64,000 nt of DNA from Mobula hypostoma. Taxonomy: Eukaryota. How positions within the stretch are numbered: the first letter of the stretch is position 1; each line of letters begins with the position of its first letter. Under the pieces are notes generated by a model. The model saw nothing but the letters and a program-made list of their open reading frames with translations, searched no databases and was not told the origin of the DNA. Below, piece after piece: positions 24,667-36,200 of the stretch. The position numbers were made by a program, and so were the translations under genes. The stretch spans positions 1,798,001 to 1,862,000 of the forward strand of contig NC_086098.1 of assembly GCF_963921235.1 (NCBI RefSeq), in the 5' to 3' direction.

Positions 24667-25127
24667 CTTCGGGGGTAGACCTCTATAAACCTCTACTATA
24701 GACCCATAGACCTCTACATTTCTAAGCTCCATATACTCCTTTGGATCCCCTTATCTATGAAAAGATGTGCTGGTGTCGGAGGGTCCAGAGATGGTCGACA
24801 AGATTGATCCTAGGAATGAAAGGGATAATGTCTGAGGAGGGTTTGATGGCTCTGAGTCTGTACTCACAGGAGTTTATCAGGAGTCTTAGCATTAATACTA
24901 CATTCTGTCTTCAAATTTGACCTACCAAAATGAACCACCACACTTATCTGGGTTGAAATCCATCTACCACTTCTCCGCACAGCTCTGTATCCTGCTATAA
25001 CCTTTGACAACTCTTCAGACTATCCACAATATCCTCAACCTTTGTCATCAGCAAACTTACTAACCCACCCTTCCACTTCTTCATCCAGGTCATTTATAAG
25101 AGTCACAAAGAGGAGGGGACCCAGAAC

Positions 25128-26449
25128 TGTCACACTGGTGGGGGCATTGGGAGCAAGGGTGGACCCAAATGCAAGACACATCTTGTGAGGTTACGGAATG
25201 GACTCCGAGCCAGAGACTGGGCAAGGACCCAGTACCTGGGTCTTGCCTCGGTCTCGGACCCCAGAACCAGGCATGGACATGACATGGGCTAGGGAGAGGA
25301 GGAACATGGAAAACAGAGCCTCGGTCTCGGGAGAGCAGGTACATGGAACCACGGACACATATACAGAACACAGAGTTGGGACCGCTCCTTGGGTACAGGA
25401 CATAGGACCGGGACTCACACACAGAACAGAGAGCCGGGACCCCTTCCTTGCGTACAGGACATAGGGCCGAGACTCATGACCCTCCGCGGGGCAATGGCAA
25501 GACGGCCTGACTTACCCCACGGAGGCGAGGACAAGACACGACAAGACATAACCCCCCCGTGGGGCAACGGCAAGACGGCCTGACTTACCTCACGGAGGCG
25601 AGGACAAGACAAGACAAACACCAAAGAACAACACAATTCTTATGTAGCGATAGAACTAGACCAAGGTGCAGGCGAGGGCTGCAGACGAGGGCTAGAGGCG
25701 AGAGGGGCAGAGAAGGGATTCAGACAGGGGGGTAGGACAGGAATCACAGACCGCCAGGGCCAGGACTTGACCAGGTACTCGGCTGCTGCCAGGGCCAGGA
25801 CTTGACTTGGTACTCAGATGCTGCCAGGGCCAGGACTTGACTTGGTACTCGGATGCTGCCAGGACCAGGACTTGACTTGGTACTCGGATGCTGCCAGGGC
25901 CAGGACTTGACTTGGTACTCAGATGCTGCCAGGACCAGGACTTGACTTGGTACTCGGATGCTGCCACGGCAGGACTTGAACTTAGACGTGGTACTTGGAT
26001 GCCGCCGGAGCCAGGACTTGGACGTGGTACTTGGAACCTCCAGGTAGTAGCGAGCTCTAGACTCGGCCCAGGAACAGTAGACAGCGGCTCCTGATTCACT
26101 CTGGTGGGTTAACTGATGGACCCACCTTGATGAGGAAACTTTGCAGGCTCGCTTTGGCGAGGTAACTGGACTGGGTTGCTCCGGTGAGGAAGGGCGAATT
26201 ACCGGCACTTGCTTCGGCATAGACTAGGCTTGCTCCGGCCAGATAACATCGGCACACTGTACCTTTGATGACCTTGCAGATGCTCCCGCCCGAACGGCTG
26301 AAAGCCGGAGACTATAAACTACCGGTTCAGCCGAGCGTTAATTGCCTCTAATCACCAAAGCCGAGGGACGTGGGAAAACAGGCAATCAACGGTCTGGATC
26401 GTAACATAAACAAGGTAAATTTAAAGAGACCCCGATCCGGACCATGACA
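25128..26449 (-). mobile_element. Solo LTR (1322 bp, probably Gypsy-type)
   Basis: TGTCA...TGACA termini; 5-bp TSD AGAAC at 25123-25127 and 26450-26454; no internal coding region. Orientation inferred from a tgcatttgggtcc...gtgaca end. Confidence 0.88.
25750..26040. repeat. 35-bp minisatellite inside the LTR, about 8 units
   Basis: Unit ggatgctgccagggccaggacttgacttggtactc; caggacttga recurs at 25761, 25796, 25831, 25901. Confidence 0.93.
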
Positions 26450-27719
26450 AGAACAGATCACTGCAGAACATCACTGGTCACTGACCTCCATGCAGAATAC
26501 GAACTATCCACAACCACCTTTTGCCTTCTGTGGGCAAGCCAATTCTTCCTTACTTGCTGAATGAAAGCAACCTTATCAAATGCCTTACTGAAATCTATAT
26601 ACACTACATCCACTGCTCTACCTTTATCAATGTGTTTAGACACATCCTCAAAAAATTCAATCAGGCTCATAAGACATGACCTGCCCTTGACAAAACCATT
26701 TTGACTATTGCTAATCAGATTATGTCTCTTCAAATGCTCATAAATCTTGCTCTCTCAGGATCTTCTCCATCAACTTGCCCACCACTGAAGTAAGACTCTC
26801 TGGTCTATAATTTCCTGGGTTATCTCTACTCCCTTCCTTGAACAGGGGAACAACATTTGGAAACCTCCAATCCTCTGGTACTTCTCCTGTCCCTATTGAT
26901 AATGCAAGGATCATCACCAGAGGCTCAGCAATCTCCTCCCTCACTTTCCACAGTAGCCTGGTGAATGTAGTAAGGGCATCCAAGGTCACATTGAGATGGC
27001 AGACATTTGGGGTTGAGTGTGAAAATAAATCAGCCATGATGGAATGGTAGAGCAGATTCAATGGGTCAACTGGTCAAATTTTGTACCTCTGCCTTTTGGT
27101 CTACATTTTTCTTTATTTTTGTTGCATGTTTCGTGCCACTGGAGCATAAATAATTGGAAGAGTCATTAACCTTATTGCTGCTGTGACTGGGAAATCTGTG
27201 CTGAACATAGCATTCTTTTCCTAATATTCATCTCAGTTGAATTTACAACACAACATGATGAGAAGTGACAGCATTTTGAATATATCAGCCCACTGTTACA
27301 GTGAACGCCAAATAGAAAATAAGCAGATCAAAGACCTCCTAATGGGAACACTCAAGGTACCAATGGGGTCTGCGTAGACATGCATCTTTAGCTCAAGTAT
27401 TACAATTAATATTTTAATGATTGCACACAGCAAAATTGATATAATATTTTAAGTCCTAATTCACATCAGTTCTTGCACCATTATTGAGAGTCAGGACTAT
27501 TTATCACATGTACATTGAAACATACAGTGAAATTGTGCCATCTGTGTTAACAATCAACACACACCCACAGATCTGCTGGGGTCAGCCCACCAGTGTTGCT
27601 GGCCATTCAGGCACCATCACAGCATGGCCACAATGTTCCGCAAAGCAACACAAGCAGCAACAGTAACAAAAGAGAATAGCAGCAAAACGAAACTCTTCAC
27701 CCAACTTCCCGCCTACCAT

Positions 27720-28290
27720 GCCTATAGCCCTTGGCCACAGACTTATACCTGGTGTACAAAATCCCATTAAAATTACATCATTCTCCTCAACTTCCATCAC
27801 CTTCAACAGGATCCTGTCACTACATCCCTCCCCCCTCTCTACTTTCCGCTGGGATTGTTCATTACGAGACCCCTTGTCCATTTGTCCCTCGCCACTGATC
27901 ACCATCCTGGCACTTATCTCTGCACGCACAGCATGTGTTACAGATGTCCCTACACCCCCATTCCGTGCTCCAAACTGTCCTTCCAGGCGAGGTGACACTT
28001 CTGTCCTGGTGCTGTATACGGTATTCCCTTTGTGGTCTCCTCTATATGAGTGTGACCCTGTCTAGATTGGGTTCTGCTTCGTCAAGCACCTTCTCTCTGT
28101 CTGCCACAAAAGGTGGAATTCCTGGTGGACACCCATTTTAATTCTACTTCCAGTTCCCATTCCAACATGTTGATCCATGGCCTCCTCTGCAGTCATGATG
28201 AGGCTATCCTCGGCCTGGAGAAGCAGCACCTCAGATTCCATCTGAATAACCTCCAAACTGATGGCATGAACATAGATTTCTCCACCAGAA
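27720..28290 (+). mobile_element. Penelope-like element GIY-YIG endonuclease remnant
   Basis: Fragments read ...SLCGLLYMS.T..RLG... and THFNSTSSSHSNMLIHGLLCSHDEAILGLEKQHLRFHLNNLQTDGMNIDFS, matching the PLE GIY-YIG C-terminus (H-F...G-M/L-N). Confidence 0.8.
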
Positions 28291-28715
28291 TTGTTTTTTG
28301 CATGTGTCCTTTGTTTCACGGAATCCATACCAGAGGCAGCGATTCAGATCAACGGGTTTACTGTACACCGTCAGGATAGATCTATAGAGTCTCTCAAAAG
28401 CAGAGGTGGAGGAGTATAGAGCCTTAACATCACATTCCTGCTCTTACATTCTATACATCTAGAAATGAATGCTAACTTTGCATTCGCCTTCTTCACAACC
28501 AACTCAACCTGGAGGTTAACCTTTAGGGTATCCTGCACAGGTACTCCCAAGTCCCTTTACATCTCTGCATTTTGAATTCTCTCTCCATCTAAATAATAGT
28601 CTGCCCGTTCATTTCTTCCACCAAAGTGCATGACCATACACTTTCCAACATTGTATTTCATTTGCCACTTCTTTGCCTATTCCCCTAAACTTAGTCTCCT
28701 ATCCTATGCAGGCTC

Positions 28716-29429
28716 CAGGAATTCTGCAGATGCTCGAAATTCAAGCAACACACACAAAAAATGCTGGTGGAACGCAGCAGGCCAGGCAGCATCTATAGGA
28801 AGAGGTACAGTCAACGTTTTGGGCTGAGACCCTTCGTCAGGACTATCTGAAATAGATGGTATGAGATCCGAAATGATAGGAGAAGACACGTGGGGGAGGG
28901 AAATGATAGGAGAGGACAGGAGGGGGAAGAAATGATAGGAGAGGACAGGAGGGGGAGGAAATGATAGGAGAGGATAGGAGGGGGAGGGAAATGATAGGAG
29001 AGGACAGGGGGAGAAGAAATGATAGGAGAAGACAGGAGGGGGAGGGAAATGATAGGAGAAGACAGGAGGGGGAGGGAAATGATAGGAGAGGACAGGAGGG
29101 AGAGGGAAATGATAGGAGAGGACAGGAGGGGGAGGGAAATGATAGGAGAGGACAGGAGGGGGAGGGAAATGATAGGAGAGGACAGGAGGGGGAGGAAATG
29201 ATAGGAGAGGACAGGAGGGGGAGGGAAATGATAGGAGAAGACAGGAGGGGGAGGAAATGATAGAAGACAGGAAGGGCTCCTATCATTTCAGATCTCCCCC
29301 TCCCCCTCCCACTTTCAAATCTCTTACTATCTCTTCTTTCAGTTAGTCCTGACGAAGGGTCTCAGCCCGAAACATCGACTGTACCTTTTCCTAGAGATGC
29401 TGCCTGGCCTGCTGCGATCACCAGTGTTT
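28716..29429. mobile_element. PLE insertion with inverted terminal repeats and 12-bp TSD
   Basis: CTATGCAGGCTC at 28704-28715 and 29430-29441; arms 28770-28845 and 29344-29424 are reverse complements, each with a hammerhead motif. Confidence 0.85.
28870..29270. repeat. Purine-rich ~30-bp minisatellite, about 13-14 units
   Basis: Unit gggagggaaatgataggagaggacaggagg. Confidence 0.95.
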
Positions 29430-31844
29430 CTATGCAGGCTCGCTGTTTCTTCAACACTACCCACTTCTCCAACTATCCTTGTATCATCGGCAAATTTAGC
29501 CACAAATCCATTAATCCCATAGTCCAAATCATTGATATAAATTGTAAAAATCAGCGGTCCGAACACCGACCCCTGTGGAACTCCACAGGTAACTGGCAGC
29601 CAGCCAGAATAGGATCCCTTTATTCCCACTCTGTTTTCTGCCAATCAGCTAATGCTTCACACATGCCAGTAACTCCCCTGTAATTCCATGAGCTCTTATC
29701 TTGCTAAGCAGTCTCATGTGTGGCATCTTGTCAAAAGCCTTCTGAAAATCCAAGTACATCACATCTACTACATCTCCTTTGTTTACCCTGCTTGTAATTT
29801 CCTCAAAAAATTACAGTAGGTTAGTCAGGCAGGATTTTCCTTTCAGGAAACCATGTTGGCTTTGGCCTATCTTGTCACGTGTCTCCAGGTATCCTGTAAT
29901 CTCATCCCTAACAATCGATTCCAACAACTTCCCAACCACTGATGTCAGGCTAACAGGTCTATAGTTTCCTTTCTGCTGCTTCCCATGCTTCTTAAATAGG
30001 GGAGTAACATTTGCAATTTTCCAGTCATCCAGTACAAAGCCAGAAAGTTCATCGTTAACGCCTCCACCATCTCTCCAGCTACTTCCGTCAGAACCCGACT
30101 TCACTTGTCAGCCATGGTAGTGTCCATCTTCTATTCGAATATTTCTTGTTATTTGGAATATGTCTGTCTTCCACTTCCCTCATTTTTTTACAGAAACTCC
30201 AGCCATTGCTGCTCTGCTTTTCTTCCTGTTAGTGTCCCTTTTCAGTTAACCTTGGTCAGTTTCCCTCTCACGCCATTGTAATTTCTTTTATTCCACTGAA
30301 ATTCCGACACATTGGAATTCAGTTTTTCCCCCTCAAATTTCAAAGTGAACTTGATTGTATTGTGATCACTGTTCCCTATGGAACACTATACCTTAATCTC
30401 TCTTATCACCTTTGGATCATTGCACAACACCCAATCCAGCAGAGCTGATCTCCTAGTGGGCTCAACAACAAGCTGTTCTAAAAAGCCATCTCTCAGACAT
30501 TCTACGGATTCTCTTTCGAGGTTCAGTAATAGCCTAGTTTTCCAATCCACTTTCATGTTAGAATCCCCAACGATTATCATGACATTGCCTTCTGACACAT
30601 CTTTTCTATCTCCTGCTGTAATTTGCAATCCATATCCCATTGCTGTTTGGAGGCCTGTACGCAACTTGCATTAGGGTCCTTTCACCCTTGTCTATTGTCT
30701 ATTTCTTAACTCAACCCATAGGAGTCAACACCTTCCGATCCTATGTCATTCCTTTCTAATGACAATATTATTTCTTATACGCAGGGCCACACCACACCCT
30801 CTGCCTGCTAACCAATCTTTCCGATATATCGTATATCCTTGGACGTTCAGCTCCCAATGGCAGCCATCCTTTAGCCAAGTTTCAAATGATGGCCACAACG
30901 TCATACTTGCCAATCTGTAGCTGAATTTCAAGATCGTCCATTTTATTTCTTATGCTGTGTGCATTCAGATACAACACTTTCAGTCCAGTATTTGTTGCTT
31001 TCTGTTTTAACCACACCACATCTCCTTTGCCCTGTAACTCGTCCCACTGGCTGTGATTTGGCTCATTTCCTGCCTGTCCTTTCTATCATCTCTGTTGCAT
31101 CCTATCTTTGATTTATTTCTGTTTTCCCCTTCCTCAGCCCTATCAATCCGGTTCCCATCCCCCTGCCAAATTAGTTTAAACCTTCCCTAACAGCTCTAGT
31201 AAACCTGCCTGCTGGGATATTGGACACCTTTGGGTTCAGGTGTAACCTGTCCTTTTTGTACAGGTCGTACTTCCCCCAGAAGAGGCCCCAATGATCCAGG
31301 AACCCGAAGCCCTGCCCCCTTCACCAGTCTCTCAGCCACACATTAATATGTCTGATCATGCTATTCTTGTGCTCGTTAGCACGTGGCACAGGCAGCAATC
31401 CTGAGATTACTACCCTGGAGGTCCTACTTTTCAGCTTCCTACCCAACTCCGTGAATTCTCTTTTCAGGACCTCCTCCCGTTTTTTACTTAGGTCATTGGT
31501 ACCTACGTGTACCAAGACTTCTGGCTGTTCATCCTCTCCCTTCAGAATACTCTGCACCTGATCCGAGACATCCCATATGCTGGCACCTGGGAGGCAACAC
31601 ACCATGCGGGTATCTCTATCAGGCTGACAGAACCTCCTGTCTGTTCCCCTCACTATGGAATCCCCTATGACTAACAGATTCCTCATCTTCTTCTCTTCCC
31701 TTCTGCATCATGGAACCAGGCTCAGTGCCAGAGACCTGATCGTCGTGATCGTCCTCTGTCAGGTCACCCCCCTCAACAACATCCAAAACGAGATAACGAT
31801 TACTGAGGGGGATGCCACAGGGGTTCCCTCAGGGGAGTGATGCG

Positions 31845-33285
31845 TCGCGACCAGATGAACTCAACACAATGACTTCTATGCCCACTTTGAACTACAGCTG
31901 TGAAGATCCCTGCGACACCTGATGACCCTGTGATCTCTGTCTCAGAGGCTGATGTTATGCTGTCCTTACAGACAGTGAACCCTCTCAAGGCACAAGGTCC
32001 AGATGGAGTATCTGGTAAGGCTCTGTAAACCTGTGCCAACAAACTGGCGGGAGTATTCAAGGACATTTTCAACCTCTCACTGCTACAGCCGGAAGTTCCC
32101 ACTTGCTTCAAAAAGGCAACAATTATATCAGTTCTAAGAAGAATAATGTGGGCTGCCTTAATAACTATTGCCTGGTAGCACTCACATCTACAGTGATGAA
32201 ATGCTTTGAGAGATTGGTTATGACTAGACTGAACTCCTGCCTCAGCAAGGACCTGGACTCATTGCAATTTGCCTATCACCACAAAAGGTCAAAGGCAAAT
32301 GCAATCTCAATGGATCTCCACAGAGCTTTAGTCCACTTGGACAACACAAACACCTATGTCAGGGTGCTGTTCATCAACTACAGCTCAGCATTTAATACCA
32401 TCATTCCCACAATCCTGATGGAGAAGTTGCAGAACCTGGGCCTCTATACCTCCCTGTGGAACTGGACCCTGAACTTCTTGACCGAAAGGCCACAATCTGT
32501 GCGGATGGGTGATAACATCTCCTCCTCGCTGACGATGAACACTGGCGCTCCTCAGAGGTGTGTACTTAGCCCACTGCTCTACTCTCTATATACCCATGAC
32601 TGTGTGGCAAAGCTCAAAAATACTATCTATAAACTTGCTGATGATACAACCATTGTTGGTAGAATCTCAGGTGGTGACGAGAGGGCGAACAGGAGTGAGA
32701 TATGCCAACTAGTGGAATGGTGCCACAGCAATGTCAGTAAGACAAAAGAGCTGATTGTGAACTTCAGGAAGGGTAAGACGAAGGAACACATACCAATCCT
32801 CACAGAGGGATCAGAAGTGGAGAGAGTGAGCAGTTTCAAGTTCTTAGGTGTTAAGATCTCTGAGGATCTAACCTGGTCCCAACATATCGATGTAGTTTCA
32901 AAGAAGGCAAGACAGTGGCTATACTTCATTCGGAGTTTTAAGAGATTTGGTTTGTCAACAAATATACTCAAAAACTTCTATAGATGTACTGTGGAGAGCA
33001 TTCTGACAGGCTGTATCACTATCTGTACGGAAGGGCTACTGCACAGGACTGAAAGAAGCTGCAGTAGGTTGTAAATCTAGTCGGCTCCACCTTGGGTACT
33101 AGCCTACAAAGTACCCAGGACGTCTTCAGGGAGCGGTGTCTCAGAAAGGCAGCGTCCATTATTAAGAACCTCCAGCACCCAGGGCATGTCCTTTTCTCAC
33201 TGTTACCATCAGGTAGGAGGTACAGAAGCCTGAAGGCACACACTCGGAGATTCATGAACAACTTCTTCCCCTCTACCACCTGATT
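31845..33285 (+). mobile_element. Rex1/Babar-type LINE RT region (continues at 37707-37779 and 40251-40420)
   Basis: ORF 32103-33074 [59 protein letters not shown]; split 3'UTR matches 51600-51890; (TGATTC) tail near 40400-40420. Confidence 0.88.
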
Positions 33286-36200
33286 ATTGGCCTATGGAAG
33301 TGGGCTCGCAGCTCGCCACCGCGCTGGCTGTACCAGGCAGCGGGGGCGGGCAACTGCGGTCGCGATGAGCGGCAGGCCAGCTCCAGGCCTCGGGCCTCGC
33401 CCCCTCCGCCCGCTGCCGCCTCGCACTGGCTGCAGGCCGCCGACAGTGCGGTGGCGGCGGGCGGCCCGGGGCAGGGTCCCGGCCTCGGCCTCACCAAGAG
33501 GTGGCATCATGCCTCCCCGCACTGCGGCGGCCGGAAGACGCACCGGCCCAGCCTGCTGTAATGTACTCAATAGCTGTAGTAAGACTTCTATATAACTATA
33601 TCTAATTATGCTCAGTTGCAAGAGCATGCGGCCCAGCAACAGTAATACAGTGGGCCTTCCCTGCCACCTTTCCATAGGCCAGTAACCAAGGTGATCATCC
33701 CAACGGCAGAGCAGGTGGAAGAGGAGACATCTCCCAACGGCTGCAAAGGCGGATGAGGATGCCCAACAATGGGTAGGGAGGCTTGCGAGCACGCCGCAAG
33801 AACTGCCATAGACCCACAACACTCAGGGCTTGTCTACCTAGCGTGTGAAGCCTGGATTCGGCGGACTGCGCGGAAGAAACCATCACTGGTTCAACGGGCA
33901 GAAAGGCGATTCTCAGCAATGCGTCGTGGAGCGCTAAGAGGGCAGAGTGAGACACACAGAACACTGCTGGCCATCCACTGCATCCTGACCTATCTCCAGC
34001 CGTCTCGACTATGTCTTGCCACTGGATCCAGATAGGCCGGGACGAGAGAGTGAGGCTGACGACCTGCACAACTCTCCCTCACTTTAATCCAAGTCAAGCG
34101 CAAGTCATGACTTCAAACCCAATGCGCAACCTAAAGTCCTGTGGCAATGGAGGAGTGGCGAAGCAGCAGGTACGGAGACACTGGAAGCTGTAGTCACAAA
34201 CCTGCACACAGGCGGCCCAGGGCATAGGGTCACTCTCTACTGGACCGAAGCAGCAGTTGAGTTCGGCAGCCCCCTGGGTGTCTGAGCAGCCCTCTTTAGC
34301 ATCGCTCTGCTCACCTCCATGGAGGAAGGGGCTGGAAAAGGTGCCTCAAACATAGTCTGCTTCACTTCACCCTGGCCAGCTTACTGCGGCTGGTGGGGAT
34401 CCCTCATAGTGGTCGACCTACAACAGTGAAGAAGAAAGTGATGGTGCTCAACCTTGGCACATGGAACGTGAGAACTCTGCGAGATAACATCAAGGCAGAC
34501 AGACCAGAGAGAAGAACTGCACTGGTTGCAAAAGAGCTAGCTCGCTACAACATGGACATAGCAGCTCTCAGCGAAACACGCCTAGCAGACAAGGGCCTGC
34601 TGACAGAACATAGTGGTGGATACACGTTCTTCTGGAGCGGTCGCAGCAGCGCTGAACGACGGGAAGCAGGCGTGGGATTTGTCATCAATTCTAACCTCGC
34701 CCGTAAACTCACCAAGCACCCAGAGAGCATCAACGACCGCCTGATGACACTTCAGCTCCCACTTGCAAACAAGAAGAGTGCTACGCTGATTAGTGCCTAC
34801 GCTCCCACCATGACCAACCCAGATGACATTAAAGACAAGTTCTATGAAGAACTCGATGCCCTCATCTCAGCAATCCCACAGTCAGAGAAGCTCATCGTTC
34901 TCGGGGGGCTTCAATGCCAGAGTAGGGACAGACTACCAAACCTGGGAAGGGATCATTGGAAGACACGGCACTGGCAAGTGTAACAACAAAGGCCTTCTGC
35001 TCCTCAAGACATGTGCCACATACAACCTTGTCATCACCAACACCCTGTTCCGCCTACCCACCCGTAAGAAGACGTCATGGATGCACCCACGCTCGAAGCA
35101 CTGGCATCTGATTGACTACATCATCACCAGGAAGAGGGACAGGACGGATGTCAGAGTGACGAGAGCCATGTGTGGTGCCGACTGCTGGACCGACCACCGC
35201 CTCATTGTGTCCAAGTTCAGGTTTCGCATTCTGCCCATGAGAAGACCCCAAGGACAGAAGACTGCAAAGAGGTTGAATGTCTCCAAGCTGAAAAGCAGCA
35301 GGGTTGCAGAAGAACTCGTTGATGACCTTGAAGGCAGACTGCCAGACACACCACAGGAAGACGGGACCAGCGTTGAGGAACAGTGGACGACCTTCAGAGA
35401 CGCTGTCTACACTACCGCCCTCGAACATCTCGGACCAGCAGCCTGAAGAAACCAAGACTGGCTCGATGAGAATGATGAAGAAATACAGGCACTACTAACG
35501 GAGAAACATCAACATTACAGAGCACATCAGAACGACCCCACGTCGCTAGCCAAGAAAGATGCCTTTACCAACGCAAGAAGAAAGGTGCAGAAAAAACTTC
35601 GGGAGATGCAGGACAGCTGGTTCAGCAAGAAGGCCGATGAAATCCAGGGCTATGCAGACAGCCACGACATAAAGCGCTTCTATGATGCGCTTAAGGCTGT
35701 ATACGGACCCCAGTCCTCCAGCTCCTCATCTCTCCTCAACGCAGATGAGACGCAGCTGCCGACAGAGAAGAAGCAGATTCTGGATTGGTGGGCTGAGCAC
35801 TTTAACAACGTCCTTAACCGCCCTGCCGACATCAACGACGAGACCATTGCCCGCCTGCCCCAGGTAAAGATCAACAAGAACCTTGACACCCTCCCCACAG
35901 TAGATGAAGTCAGGAAGGCAGTGAAGCAACTCTCCTGTGGCAAAGCACCAGGACCCGATGCAATTCCTGCTGAGGTATACAAAGCAGGAGGCCCTGTCAT
36001 GATGCAAAAGCTGACTGTACTCTTCCAGTCCATGTGGAAAAAGGGACAGGTCCCGCAACAGCTGAAAGATGCCAGCATAGTCCACATCTACATGAGGAAA
36101 GGCAACCGCCAGTCTTGCGACAACCACCGAGGCATCTCCTTCTTGTCCATTGCGGGGAAGATTCTGGCCCGTGTCCTGCTCAACCGCCTTCTCCAACATC

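Larger units (their letters stand above)
24880..26960 (-). mobile_element. Degenerate CR1 RT fragment hosting the solo LTR
   Basis: ORFs 26738-27061 and 26458-26733 (NYRP, DFSKAFD); sequence resumes left of 25127. Confidence 0.85.
28420..31840 (-). mobile_element. Degenerate CR1 (ORF1 esterase, APE, RT)
   Basis: 31321-31686 VIGDSIVRG...VHVGTND (SGNH esterase); 30386-30931 APE; 29811-30104 and 29339-29644 RT. Confidence 0.9.

Noticed and set aside
25750..26040. 35-bp repeats as a CRISPR array
   Set aside because: Units are head-to-tail with no unique spacers, lie inside an LTR, and there are no cas genes; the context is eukaryotic.
27237..27356. 120-nt open plus-strand segment flanked by AG and GT
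   Set aside because: Mediocre donor (gtacca), unrecognised peptide and no partner exons; insufficient support.
28843..29286. Repetitive ORFs (MIGEDRRGRE..., PSPSCPLLSF...)
   Set aside because: Translation artefacts of the minisatellite.
33286..33722. HDV-like ribozyme at the RTE 5' end (ATTGGCC/GGCCAGT as P1)
   Set aside because: P3, the L3 UCC and the P1.1 GG are not satisfied in this copy; it would need several assumed mutations.
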